Source of the DNA: a virus
Lineage: Duplodnaviria; Heunggongvirae; Uroviricota; Caudoviricetes
Reading direction: 5' to 3' (one strand)
Length of the DNA stretch: 64,000 nt
Virus record (IMG/VR): IMGVR_UViG_3300031413_000001
The notes below the pieces were generated by a model. That model saw only the letters and a list, made by a program, of their open reading frames with translations. It was not told the DNA's origin and ran no database searches. Below, piece after piece: positions 29,079 to 38,125 of this stretch (positions are counted from its first letter, which is position 1; each line of letters begins with the position of its first letter). Both the position numbers and the translations under genes were made by a program.

Positions 29079-29603
29079 ATGAGCCTCAATAACTACAATT
29101 CTGCAACAAACCTGATCAAAGCAATGGAAGATGGGGCTCAGTACGTTCGCGTAGTCGCCGGCGCCCGTGAGGGTTCGGTGGGCCGCGTAATGAGCGTCCG
29201 AAGTAAGTATTATAGCGCACACGATTATCATCTGGCCGTTAAGGGTCGCCGCAGCTTTTGGATGAAGGGCAGCGACTTGGAGCATCTCGAGAATTGGCGC
29301 GGTGGAACTTTCTACGCGCTGAATCGGGATACTCCAGTATTCAACGACCTGATGGGACGTCGTTTGGACGTGGGGCAAACGCTCCTGTTCCCGCGCGGAA
29401 CCGAAGGCGCTCGCGTCGATATGGTAATGGGCACGATCAAAAAGATCAGTGACAAAGGTGCCATCTACGCGAAGCTCTTCAAAAGTGGTCAGGGTAACGA
29501 TCTTGATGATTGCCTCGTACGGGTTGGGAAGCCCGGCAGCGCGATGATCATTGACAAAGGAACTGCTGACACGGTGATGATGGCCAAATTGGCCGCATTC
29601 TAA
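29079..29603 (+). CDS. hypothetical protein located between the kinase and regulator genes
   Basis: 174 aa. Two similar Gly/Arg/Val-rich half-domains (VRVVAGAREGSVGRVMSV / RVDMVMGTIKKISDKGAIYAKL). Preceded by an AT-rich 255-nt intergenic region. Confidence 0.5.
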   Translation: MSLNNYNSATNLIKAMEDGAQYVRVVAGAREGSVGRVMSVRSKYYSAHDYHLAVKGRRSFWMKGSDLEHLENWRGGTFYALNRDTPVFNDLMGRRLDVGQTLLFPRGTEGARVDMVMGTIKKISDKGAIYAKLFKSGQGNDLDDCLVRVGKPGSAMIIDKGTADTVMMAKLAAF

Positions 29604-29621
29604 GAGCCAAGGGGGCTATAA

Positions 29622-29969
29622 ATGTCGGGCAAAGTTCTAGTCGTTGAAGACGAACCCATGGTGCAAATCCTGCTAGAGGATATTTGCGCCCACGCAGACG
29701 TGGAAATCGTCGCGATGGTTGACACGGTCAAGGACGCACTCGCGGCCATTGATCGGGGCGGCTTCAAGGCTGTGATCCTCGACGTCAACCTCCACGGTGA
29801 GACCAGTGAGCCAATCGCCGCTGCACTACAGGGAAAGGGTTATCCCGTTCTCGTCTCCACTGGAAGTTTTCCCGGAGAGCTGCCCGCAGTGTTCAAGGAC
29901 TTCACGATTGTGCAGAAGCCCTTTAGCACCGTGGATATGGTACTCCTCTTGTCGCAGGTTGCTTTCTAA
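29622..29969 (+). CDS. single-domain response regulator (CheY-like receiver only)
   Basis: AAGGGGG precedes the ATG. Acidic pocket VVEDEP; phospho-acceptor Asp in AVILDVNLHG; conserved T/S (VSTG) and Lys (VQKPF). Confidence 0.8.
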   Translation: MSGKVLVVEDEPMVQILLEDICAHADVEIVAMVDTVKDALAAIDRGGFKAVILDVNLHGETSEPIAAALQGKGYPVLVSTGSFPGELPAVFKDFTIVQKPFSTVDMVLLLSQVAF

Positions 29970-29996
29970 CCTATTGCGCTAAGTTAATACGTTTCA

Positions 29997-30031
29997 TTAA
30001 GGCAAGTTAACAAAATAACTTGCAACCTTAC
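29997..30031. promoter_or_regulatory. imperfect palindrome (candidate operator)
   Basis: TTAAGGcAAGTT-aacaaaat-AACTTgcaaCCTTA. Lies between the regulator gene and the DUF4326-like gene. Confidence 0.3.
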
Positions 30032-30145
30032 TGCCCTTTCTATAGCTAGAGGGCAACGTGATGTTCCTTCCCCCAGGTACGGCACCACGTGGAGTCCAGG
30101 GGATGGGTCGCAAACGCCTCTCCTGGACTCCAATAAGTAGATCGT

Positions 30146-30445
30146 ATGATGAGCGATCTTTTTAACTGGCCTCAACCCGGAACCACAGTGGTAAACCTCA
30201 AGGAGGACCACTATGACGTGCGGATTGATCGCAAGACCAAGTGGGGCAATCCCTTTGTTGTCGGCCGTGATGGCACTCGTGAGGAGTGCATCCGTCAATT
30301 CTCCGATTGGATCGTGGACCAAAAGCACCTCATGGATGATCTCCATGAGATCAAGGGAAAGCGCCTGGGTTGCTGGTGCCATCCCCAACCCTGTCATGGA
30401 AATGTTCTTGCGAAACTGGCAGACGGCTATAAAAGAACAGACTAA
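30146..30445 (+). CDS. DUF4326-like small protein
   Basis: Motifs KWGNPF, REECIRQFSDWI and GKRLGCWCHPQPCHGNVL resemble the DUF4326 family that is frequent in phages. A 10-bp perfect inverted repeat (ggagtccagg ... cctggactcc, 30091-30131) lies just upstream. Confidence 0.5.
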   Translation: MMSDLFNWPQPGTTVVNLKEDHYDVRIDRKTKWGNPFVVGRDGTREECIRQFSDWIVDQKHLMDDLHEIKGKRLGCWCHPQPCHGNVLAKLADGYKRTD

Positions 30446-30492
30446 GTCGCTCATTGTTTGACAAACGGATCCAGCACCTTTATTAAGGTTGA

Positions 30493-31146
30493 ATGGACAA
30501 CATCACTGACTTCCTCGTAGCAGGACCCAATACCAGCTTTCTGGTAGCGGGTTGCGTCGTCGCAGCCGTTCTCATTCTCGAGATCGTTCTGCTAATCGTT
30601 GGTCACTCAACGATGATGATGAACGCAGATGTTGACATGACGCTCGACCTCGATGGAAATGGTATCCCCGATTATCTCGAGGGTCACGGTCATCTTGGCG
30701 ACTGGTTCAACCCCGGTCACATTCCCGTAACAATGTTCCTCGTGCTGTTCTGCGGACTACTAGCCCTCTTGGGTTACAGTGGTCAGTGGATCTATCTTGG
30801 ACAAGCGGGACAATTGGCTCCCGCCCTTCTCGCGGTTCCCATCACACTTGTTCCCACACTAGCATTCTCCCGCTGGTTTTCAGTTGGTCTGGCACGTATC
30901 ATCCCACAAGATGAAACAAACGCCATATCAGTTGAAAGTCTCGCGGGTGATGTTGGTGTGTTGACGACTGGGCCCGTACAGGGACGTGATGATTTTGGCA
31001 TGGCACGATTCGCCGACAAGTATGGGGTTGATCATGCCCTAGTAGTCGGTAGTGTTGATGACACGATTATTGAAACGGGCTCAAGCGTTGTGTTAGTTGG
31101 TCCACACCCTGAGAAGAGCATCGCTTTTATCATTCGCAAGATCTGA
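30493..31146 (+). CDS. NfeD/YqiJ-like membrane protein (partner of SPFH proteins)
   Basis: Multiple TM helices (VAGCVVAAVLILEIVLLIVG, VTMFLVLFCGLLALLG). C-terminal OB-fold-like segment GDVGVLTTGPVQGRDDFGMARF...GSSVVLVG. Immediately upstream of the flotillin gene, matching the E. coli yqiJ-yqiK arrangement. Confidence 0.55.
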   Translation: MDNITDFLVAGPNTSFLVAGCVVAAVLILEIVLLIVGHSTMMMNADVDMTLDLDGNGIPDYLEGHGHLGDWFNPGHIPVTMFLVLFCGLLALLGYSGQWIYLGQAGQLAPALLAVPITLVPTLAFSRWFSVGLARIIPQDETNAISVESLAGDVGVLTTGPVQGRDDFGMARFADKYGVDHALVVGSVDDTIIETGSSVVLVGPHPEKSIAFIIRKI

Positions 31147-31170
31147 TACCCAGATCAACAAGGAGACCCA

Positions 31171-32908
31171 AGTGGGCAATCTTCCCTTTATCGGACTAAT
31201 CGTGGGAGCGGTGATCGTAATCATCCTCCTGTTGGGCTTGCTGGCAGTCAAATTCTACCAGCGCGCAAGCAAGGAACAGGCTTTCGTTCGTACTGGTAAG
31301 GGCGGCCAGAAGGTCGTCAAGGACGGCGGCTCGGTTGTATGGCCGATCATTCAGGAAACCATCCCCATCAATATGCAGACGCTTCGTCTGACTGTTGAGC
31401 GGAAGGCCAAGGACTCGCTGATCACCAAGGATCGTCTCCGCGTTGACGTGAAGGCAGAGTTCTACGTTCGGGTTGCACCGGATGAGCAGAGCATTGCAGC
31501 CGCGGCACAGACGCTGGGCCGACGCACCCTTCAGCCGCAGCTTCTCGCAGAGCTGATTGAAGGCAAGTTCGTCGACGTCCTTCGCGCAGTGGCAGCAGGC
31601 ATGGACATGCAGGACCTTCACACTCAGCGGGCTGACTTCGTGAAGACGGTCAAGACCACTGCGGCAGAGGATCTCAAGGCCAACGGTCTGGAACTGGAGT
31701 CGGTGTCGCTGACCGGGTTGGACCAGACGTCCATCGAGCACTTCAACCCCAACAACGCCTTCGACGCAGAAGGTCTCGCCAAGCTGACCAACGTCACGGA
31801 GACGCGTCGCAAGGAGCGCAATGAAATCGAGCAGACCACGCGAGTGGCCATCGAGGAGCGCAACCTGTCGGCGACCAACCGAAGCCTGGAGCTCAAGCAG
31901 GAAGGCGAGTTCGCCCGCTTGCAGCAGGAGCAGAGCGTTGAAACGCGTTCGGCGGAGCAGGGTGCAAACCTGGCCAAGACCCGTGCTGATCGCCAGCGCG
32001 AGTCGGACATCGCAGCCATCGAGGCAGACCAGGCAACTGAAGCAGCACGGGTGAACAAGACCCGTACGATTCAGATTGCAGAAGCTGAAGCAGCTCGCGA
32101 TCTCGAACTGGCCGGCCAGGATCAGCGCATTCGCGTTGCTGCCAAGTCCCAGGAAGAGTCGGAAGCCCGTGCATCGGCCGATAAGGCACGTGCAATGGCC
32201 GTTGAGGCATCGGAAGCGGTCAAGACCGTGGAAGCAACTGCCCGAGCAGAGCGTGACCAGAAGGTTGCGGTCATTGCAGCAGAGACCGAGGCGCAGCGTG
32301 AGGCAGCTGGTATCAGCATCCGCGCGGAAGCTGAGTTCAAGGCAGCTGACAGCCAGGCAAAGGCTCGTGAGCGACTCATCGACGCCGATGCGAAGAAGTA
32401 CGAGGTTGAGGCCGAGGGTCAGCGCATGATCAACGAAGCAGCCAACACCATGTCGCCTGAGCAGGCAGCACTTCAGATCCGCTTGAAGCTTATCGAACAG
32501 CTTCCGCAGATCCTGGAGCAGATGGGCAAGCCCATCGAGAAGATTGACAGCTTCCGTGTCGTTCACATGAACGGCAGCATGGGCGGTGGTCACTCTTCGG
32601 GTTCGGTCGACGGTGAGACCACCGGCAACAGCGGCGGCAATCTGCCCACGCAGATGACCAACGCACTGCTGGACTATCGCTTGCAGGTTCCCATGGTCGA
32701 GGAAATGGCCAAGGAACTGGGCGTGGATATCTCGCGCGGCATGAACGGCATCGTGGACAGCATCGGCGGGGTCTCCAAGCCGGCCCCCAGTGCAACGCAG
32801 GCTACCAAGCCCGCCCCACGCGGTCACAAGACTGGTGATCCGGACATCATGACCGGGCTGGAGACGGAAAAGCTGCAGAAGCTTGCAGGCATTCACCCCG
32901 AGGGCTAA
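31171..32908 (+). CDS. flotillin-like SPFH/band-7 protein (YqiK-like) with long Ala/Glu/Arg coiled coil
   Basis: AAGGAG precedes the GTG at 31171. N-terminal TM helix, SPFH core (QTLRLTVERKAKDSLITKDRLRVDVKAEFYVRV). About 200 aa of EA/AR-rich coiled coil. Gly-rich C-terminal tail. Confidence 0.8.
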
Positions 32909-33030
32909 GTCCTCACTGATTGCTTGGGAGGGGCTGGACCAAAAGGTCTGGCCCCTTTTCTGTCTATTCTGTTGTAGACATGCGTGGAATTGGTGCTAGT
33001 AATGAGTCAGTGTTAAGCAAAAGGGATACG

Positions 33031-33690
33031 ATGAGCAGCAACATGGTCAGTAAGGTAGCAGCCGGCACCGGAGCGGCCTGCGTGTTCGTCGGCGGTCTCG
33101 CTGGCCTACCCTTTCCCTTCATTGGGGATCTTCTGGTCAGCACACCACTGGCGGCCGTGACGGGAATGGGCATCTGGTACTTTTGGCCAGGTCGTCGTCC
33201 AATCACCAAGGCAGAGGTCGAGCAGATCTTCGCCGATCAGGACAAGCTGAAGAACAGCAGCGGCGTTTCCAACAAGGAAGTCGTCGAGACCATCAAGTTG
33301 GTCTCCGACAAGCTGGATCGCATTCTGATGGAGGCCAGCAGCCTGAAGGGCCCCAATACGATCCGGCGCATCAAGCATCTGGATGCTGTTGGTCGGAAGA
33401 TCATCGAAGACTTCCGCCAGGATCCGTCGGACATCAAGCGCGCACAGAGCTGGATTCACAGTTATCTGGACCAGACGCTGGATTGCGTCAAGCAATACGC
33501 GCAGCTGAGCCGGAACGGTGCCCGCAGCATCGACGCGCAGCGGCAAATGGCGCAGTTCGACGACCTCTTGGACTTGCTGCATAGCAAGAGCCAGGAACTG
33601 CTCGACCATCTTCTCACCAACGACACCACCAACATGCAGGTAAACGTGGAAGTCTTCCGCGACATGCTCAACAACGAAGGGATCAAGTAA
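33031..33690 (+). CDS. XpaC-like membrane protein (5-bromo-4-chloroindolyl phosphate hydrolysis protein family, tentative)
   Basis: Two N-terminal TM helices (AAGTGAACVFVGGLAGLPFPFIGDLLV, LAAVTGMGIWYFW) followed by a helical soluble domain. Position immediately upstream of the TelA-like gene mirrors the Bacillus xpaC-yaaN pair. Start uncertain (33031 or 33040). Confidence 0.45.
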   Translation: MSSNMVSKVAAGTGAACVFVGGLAGLPFPFIGDLLVSTPLAAVTGMGIWYFWPGRRPITKAEVEQIFADQDKLKNSSGVSNKEVVETIKLVSDKLDRILMEASSLKGPNTIRRIKHLDAVGRKIIEDFRQDPSDIKRAQSWIHSYLDQTLDCVKQYAQLSRNGARSIDAQRQMAQFDDLLDLLHSKSQELLDHLLTNDTTNMQVNVEVFRDMLNNEGIK

Positions 33691-33692
33691 CC

Positions 33693-34856
33693 ATGGTAGA
33701 GACTGTTACGGCAACCGCAGTGGACACTTCCACGCTGATGCCAACCCCGGAACCGATCGGCAGCACGGCACTGGTAAGTCTCGCACCCGCGGGCACTGCA
33801 ATCCAGGTCAGCAAGGTGTCGCCGGAGCGCGCCAAGGAACTGGCGAAGAAGATCAACATTCGCGACACGCAGAGCATCATCGGCTTTGGCGTCGAAGCGC
33901 AGAAGAGCGTGTCGGCCGTTTCGGATCAGATGCTCGACGGCGTCCGCACCAAGGACACTGGCCCGGTCGGTGATTCGCTGAACCTGATGGTTCACGAGAT
34001 GCGCGGCCTGGACTTTGGTTCGCTGAGCCAGAAGCAGGGCTTCATCAGCAAGCTTCTCCGGAAGGCCAGCCGGGTCACGCTGTTCCTGGAGCAGTATGAG
34101 ACCGTGCAGAGCAAGATCAACAAGACGCAGGCCGTCCTGGAAGGTCACCGGGTCAACATGCTCCGCGGCGTGAAGATGCTCGATCTTCTCTACGTGAAGA
34201 CGCTGGAACTTCTCGGTTCGCTCGATGAGCAGGTCGCCGCAGTCCAGTACAAGCTGGAAGAAGTCAACACCATCGATATCCCGCAGGCCAATCAGAAGGC
34301 CCAGGAATCGCAGGACATGGCCGACACCCAGCTGGCCGCGGATCTGATTCAGGCGCGAGATGCACTGGAGCGCAAGCTGCATGATCTCCAGCTGACCCGT
34401 CAGATCACCATCCAGGCACTGCCCAGCATTCGCATCGTGCAGAGCAACGAGATTGGCCTCTCGGAGAAGATCCAGAGCCAGATCCTCAACGCACTGCCAC
34501 TGTGGAAGCGCAACATGGCACTGGCCATCGAAATGGCGAAGACGCAGAACGCCGCGAAGGCAACCAAGGCGGCTTCGGACTTCACCAACGAGCAGCTTCG
34601 TATGGGCAGCGACATGCTCCAGCAGAGCAATCTCGCAGTCCGCAAGGAAGTCGAGCGCGGCATCGTGGACGTGGACAGCGTCAAGTACGCCAACGACAAG
34701 CTGATCCAGACCATCGAGGACACGATCACCATCGCGCAGGAAGGCAAGAACATGCGCGCGGCGGCCGAGACCGAGTTGGCAGCGGCCGAGCAGCAGCTGA
34801 AGCAGACGCTGCTCAGCGCAGCGCAGCGCCAGGCAAACATGAAGGCAATCGCCTAA
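33693..34856 (+). CDS. TelA-like toxic-anion-resistance family protein
   Basis: 387 aa, all-helical. Regions GFGVEAQKSVSAVSDQMLDGVRTKDTGPVGDSLNLMVHEMRGLDF and QILNALPLWKRNMALAIEM are characteristic of TelA/YaaN/KlaA. Confidence 0.7.
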   Translation: MVETVTATAVDTSTLMPTPEPIGSTALVSLAPAGTAIQVSKVSPERAKELAKKINIRDTQSIIGFGVEAQKSVSAVSDQMLDGVRTKDTGPVGDSLNLMVHEMRGLDFGSLSQKQGFISKLLRKASRVTLFLEQYETVQSKINKTQAVLEGHRVNMLRGVKMLDLLYVKTLELLGSLDEQVAAVQYKLEEVNTIDIPQANQKAQESQDMADTQLAADLIQARDALERKLHDLQLTRQITIQALPSIRIVQSNEIGLSEKIQSQILNALPLWKRNMALAIEMAKTQNAAKATKAASDFTNEQLRMGSDMLQQSNLAVRKEVERGIVDVDSVKYANDKLIQTIEDTITIAQEGKNMRAAAETELAAAEQQLKQTLLSAAQRQANMKAIA

Positions 34857-34862
34857 CACTAG

Positions 34863-34892
34863 AAGGCCGGGGGAAACCCCGGCCTTTTCTTT
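34863..34892 (+). terminator. intrinsic terminator (GAAA tetraloop)
   Basis: aaggccgggg-gaaa-ccccggcctt followed by ttctttg. Confidence 0.8.
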
Positions 34893-34933
34893 GACTGGTT
34901 GACATCCAGGATAGCTTTCTGTATTGGTAGAAG

Positions 34934-35374
34934 ATGAACAAAAGCATCCTCACTGCACTTGCGGGACTTCTCGCGGTAACGACTCCGGCAGCTCTCGCAG
35001 CGCCGTTGAGCACCAACAGCTACGACTATGATGTCGTGGGCATCTACGATGGTGACACCTTCTACATCAAGATGGTCGGCCTTCCCCCAGAGCTCCAGCG
35101 TATTGGTGTCCGCGTCCGCGGCATCGACACTGCGGAAATGAAGGGAAAGTGTCAGAGCGAGAAGAGCACCGCTGCCGGCGCCAAGGCATTCACCACGCGA
35201 ATCCTCAAGCAAGCTGGCAACCGAGTAACGCTCCGGGGTCTCAAGTGGGACAAGTACGGCGGTCGTGTGGATGCTGATGTGTTCGTTGGCGGCGAGAGTC
35301 TCTCCAACATGATGATCACACGTGGATATGCCCGTCCCTACATGGGCGGCAAGCGAGCAGGATGGTGCGAATGA
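34934..35374 (+). CDS. secreted thermonuclease (staphylococcal nuclease/SNase fold)
   Basis: Signal peptide MNKSILTALAGLLAVTTPAALAAP. SNase motifs YDGDTFY, VRVRGIDTAE, KYGGRVDADVFVGG. Confidence 0.75.
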   Translation: MNKSILTALAGLLAVTTPAALAAPLSTNSYDYDVVGIYDGDTFYIKMVGLPPELQRIGVRVRGIDTAEMKGKCQSEKSTAAGAKAFTTRILKQAGNRVTLRGLKWDKYGGRVDADVFVGGESLSNMMITRGYARPYMGGKRAGWCE

Positions 35375-35934
35375 CCGAAGTTTTCGAGTTCTTCTACGGC
35401 GGCTACGCGAGTCAGTGGGCGCCCAGCGATTTCATCATCGGCGGCGTCAAGTATAACTGCGCCGAACAGTACATGATGGCCGAGAAGGCCCGCATGTTCA
35501 ACGACGATGACGCGCTGGAAATCATCATGGGGACCAACAACCCCAAGGTGCAAAAGGCCACCGGTCGGACGGTCAAGAACTTCGACAAGCACAAGTGGGA
35601 CCTGGAGCGAAAGCTGATCGTCTATCGTGCCAATCTCGCCAAGTTCACACAGAACTCCGAGTTCCTCCTGTGGCTCCAGGGAACCAAGGGCCGGACGCTG
35701 GTCGAGGCCAGCCCCTGGGACACCATCTGGGGCATTGGTCTGGGGGCAGAAGATCCTCGGGCACAGAGCCGGAACACCTGGCTGGGAACCAACGATCTAG
35801 GCGAGATCGTCACGCAGGTCCGTGAGGACATTGAGTGGATGCACTTCGCACAGGCCGGCACGGACAAGCTCAAGAGGGCCAAGTTCATCGGCGGCACGAT
35901 GGTTCCCATCGGTGATGACGGGCTGCCAAAGTAA
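35371..35934 (+). CDS. NADAR (YbiA-like, DUF1768) domain protein
   Basis: ATGA overlap with the nuclease stop. Motifs FFYGGYASQWAPS, YNCAEQYMMAEKARMFND, LVEASPWDTIWGIGLG. Confidence 0.7.
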   Translation: MTEVFEFFYGGYASQWAPSDFIIGGVKYNCAEQYMMAEKARMFNDDDALEIIMGTNNPKVQKATGRTVKNFDKHKWDLERKLIVYRANLAKFTQNSEFLLWLQGTKGRTLVEASPWDTIWGIGLGAEDPRAQSRNTWLGTNDLGEIVTQVREDIEWMHFAQAGTDKLKRAKFIGGTMVPIGDDGLPK

Positions 35935-35970
35935 TAGACAAGCGGGTAAGAGTTGTTGTAGGATAGTTCT

Positions 35971-36360
35971 ATGAAATCACTTACCCGCATGACTATGCTC
36001 GCCACCGTGATCGAACAGTTGGCCGAAGGCCTTACTGACGATGTTGCCATTGACCGTCTCTGCCGTGGAGTAATGTACATCCACGCAACTGATCCGGTGA
36101 TGCTTGAACGTCCAATGTTCAACAAGATCATGATCCCCATCTTCGCTCGTCTGATCTACGAAAGGCACGCCTTTGAAGTGCCCGTGGTCCGCTACGTGAA
36201 CGCACTCATCGACTTCATTGACGAAGCGGAATTCGAAATCGTCGATAACGAGCTCCGTCTTCAGAACGATCAGGCTCCAGGGATTGATCAGGAAGCGGAG
36301 GCTATGGAAAAGCTAGCCGACGACTTCAAGGCAGAATACGACTCCGAAGTTGAAGCGTAA
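35971..36360 (+). CDS. hypothetical protein
   Basis: 129-aa ORF with an acidic C-terminus. Confidence 0.5.
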   Translation: MKSLTRMTMLATVIEQLAEGLTDDVAIDRLCRGVMYIHATDPVMLERPMFNKIMIPIFARLIYERHAFEVPVVRYVNALIDFIDEAEFEIVDNELRLQNDQAPGIDQEAEAMEKLADDFKAEYDSEVEA

Positions 36361-36415
36361 CCAGCGTTTTTCCACTAAATAGGCAATACACCCAAACCTA
36401 TTTAGGGAGAGAATC

Positions 36416-36889
36416 ATGGGACGTCCAGTAAACAAGCAGAATTTCGGTCCCGATGGTATCGAAGTCCAGGCAAAGGTTGGCAGCGCGGCTGCTAAGGCAG
36501 GCTACATTGTGAAGCAGACCAGCACACATGAGTTCATCGTCAACGTTGGCGGCAAGGAATACACCTCGCGCATGGTCGAAAAGGCCAAGGGCGATCTCGC
36601 TGTTGGTGAGATGATGATCGCAGTCACGCTGGCTGATGGTTCGGTTGTTCCTGCAAAGAGCCTGAAGGGTCACGTCGTGACCGCAGGTGGCAAGGCTACC
36701 GTTTGGGCAACGCGCACCAACAACGCTGCTCCTTCGAAGGTTGCACGAGTTCAGGAAGAGGCCCCAGCGCCCACCCCAGCGCCCACCCCAACTCCAACGC
36801 CAACTCCTTCGACCCCAGCTGATCCGGCTCCAACAACTCCCGAGCCAACTCCAGCTGATCCAGACACGACCACCCCAACGGGTTCGTAA
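36416..36889 (+). CDS. hypothetical protein with Pro/Thr-rich C-terminal linker
   Basis: AGGGAGAG precedes the ATG. C-terminal APAPTPAPTPTPTPTPSTPADPAPTTPEPTPADPDTTTPTGS encoded by short nucleotide repeats. Followed by a terminator. Confidence 0.5.
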   Translation: MGRPVNKQNFGPDGIEVQAKVGSAAAKAGYIVKQTSTHEFIVNVGGKEYTSRMVEKAKGDLAVGEMMIAVTLADGSVVPAKSLKGHVVTAGGKATVWATRTNNAAPSKVARVQEEAPAPTPAPTPTPTPTPSTPADPAPTTPEPTPADPDTTTPTGS

Positions 36890-36892
36890 GAC

Positions 36893-36920
36893 AAATGGCC
36901 GGGGGAAACTCCGGCCATTT
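36893..36920 (+). terminator. intrinsic terminator-like hairpin
   Basis: aaatggccgg-gggaaact-ccggccattt. Confidence 0.6.
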
Positions 36921-36996
36921 CCATGAGTAAAATCCTGGTTGACAGCGCACCAGAACCTGCTAATTCCTGGTGTACAAGTTGAGCAGGAGATCGAAA

Positions 36997-38124
36997 ATGG
37001 CCGAAGGCAAAACGTACAATATCCCAGCGGTTCGTTTCGATTGGTTCAAGACTCAGCTGGAAACGCTGGGTCGGAAGGCCAAAAAGCTCAACGGCGAGCG
37101 CCTGTTCTGCACCGCAGTGGGCTTCCACAATGAAGAGGACAAGGACAGTCGCTGGCATGGTCAGAAGATCATGGAAGTGTTCGTGGCCTGCCCCGAGCCC
37201 AAGCTCAACGGCTGGGACTTTGTGGCACGGATCGACCACGCCAATGAAGTTGGCAACATCGTCCGCACCACCGGTCTCCAGGCACTTCCTGAGATGTATC
37301 GTGATCGTGGCCCGGTGTGTGATCACTGTGGTCATAAGCGGATGCGCCGCGATACCTTTGTGGTCTTCCATGAGGAACAGGGTTTCAAGCAAGTTGGCAG
37401 CTCTTGCCTCAAGGACTTTCTGGGACACGGCGACGCCGACCGGATTGCCAAGCTGGCGGAAATGTACGCCAACATCCACTCCTTTATGCGCGGCTCCTAT
37501 GATGGTGAGCACGTTCTGGCCGATCATCGCTGGATTGGCATTGATCAGTATCTCGCACAGGTGGCCGAGGAAGTTCTCACGCGAGGCTTTGTCAGCAAAA
37601 AGCAATCGTATGAAACGGGTCAGCTGAGCACTGCCGAGCGGGCGCTGACTGGCTATTATCGGCATGATTCGGTCTCGGTGGAAGCCCGAGACCTTGCAGC
37701 CAAGGCTCTCACGTGGGCGCAGGAACTGGACGAGGCCGATGAGCCCCTCAACGATTATCTCCACAATGCGTGGGTGATCGCCAACGCGGTCGCCATCGAG
37801 GCTCGAAGCACAGGCATTGCGGCAAGCATCGTAGGTGTGTATTACCGAAACAACAAGCCAGCGCCGCTGCCCAGCAGCCACGTTGGAAACATCGGCGACA
37901 AGGTAACCATGCAGTTGGAAATTCTCGAGACGCGGCTTTTGGACAGCGGTACCACGCTGAACATCATGCGCGATCTTCAGGGAAACAACATCAAGTGGTT
38001 TTCCAGCAATCAGGGCTTTGCAAAGAAGCGCGGACAAACCATAAAGGTGCAGGGTACGGTAAAGGCACACAATGCCTTCCGGGGTGTCGCAGAGACGCTC
38101 CTAACGCGCTGCAAGGAGGCTTGA
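36997..38124 (+). CDS. hypothetical protein
   Basis: GGAG precedes the ATG at 36997 (MAEGKTYN...). The antisense 439-aa ORF is judged a shadow. Contains CDHCGHKRMRRD. Confidence 0.55.
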   Translation: MAEGKTYNIPAVRFDWFKTQLETLGRKAKKLNGERLFCTAVGFHNEEDKDSRWHGQKIMEVFVACPEPKLNGWDFVARIDHANEVGNIVRTTGLQALPEMYRDRGPVCDHCGHKRMRRDTFVVFHEEQGFKQVGSSCLKDFLGHGDADRIAKLAEMYANIHSFMRGSYDGEHVLADHRWIGIDQYLAQVAEEVLTRGFVSKKQSYETGQLSTAERALTGYYRHDSVSVEARDLAAKALTWAQELDEADEPLNDYLHNAWVIANAVAIEARSTGIAASIVGVYYRNNKPAPLPSSHVGNIGDKVTMQLEILETRLLDSGTTLNIMRDLQGNNIKWFSSNQGFAKKRGQTIKVQGTVKAHNAFRGVAETLLTRCKEA

Positions 38125-38125
38125 G

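Noticed and set aside
31196-32896. 566-aa minus-strand ORF antisense to the flotillin gene
   Set aside because: Leu/Ala/Arg/Val/Gly-rich composition typical of an antisense shadow in GC-rich coding DNA. No RBS. The + strand frame has a clear SPFH domain.
33462-34859. 465-aa minus-strand ORF antisense to the XpaC-like and TelA-like genes
   Set aside because: Shadow ORF. Same compositional bias. It spans two sense genes that have recognisable family features.
36751-38070. 439-aa minus-strand ORF antisense to the 36997-38124 gene
   Set aside because: Shadow ORF with Gly/Ala/Val-rich low complexity. It conflicts with two well-supported + strand genes and their terminator.
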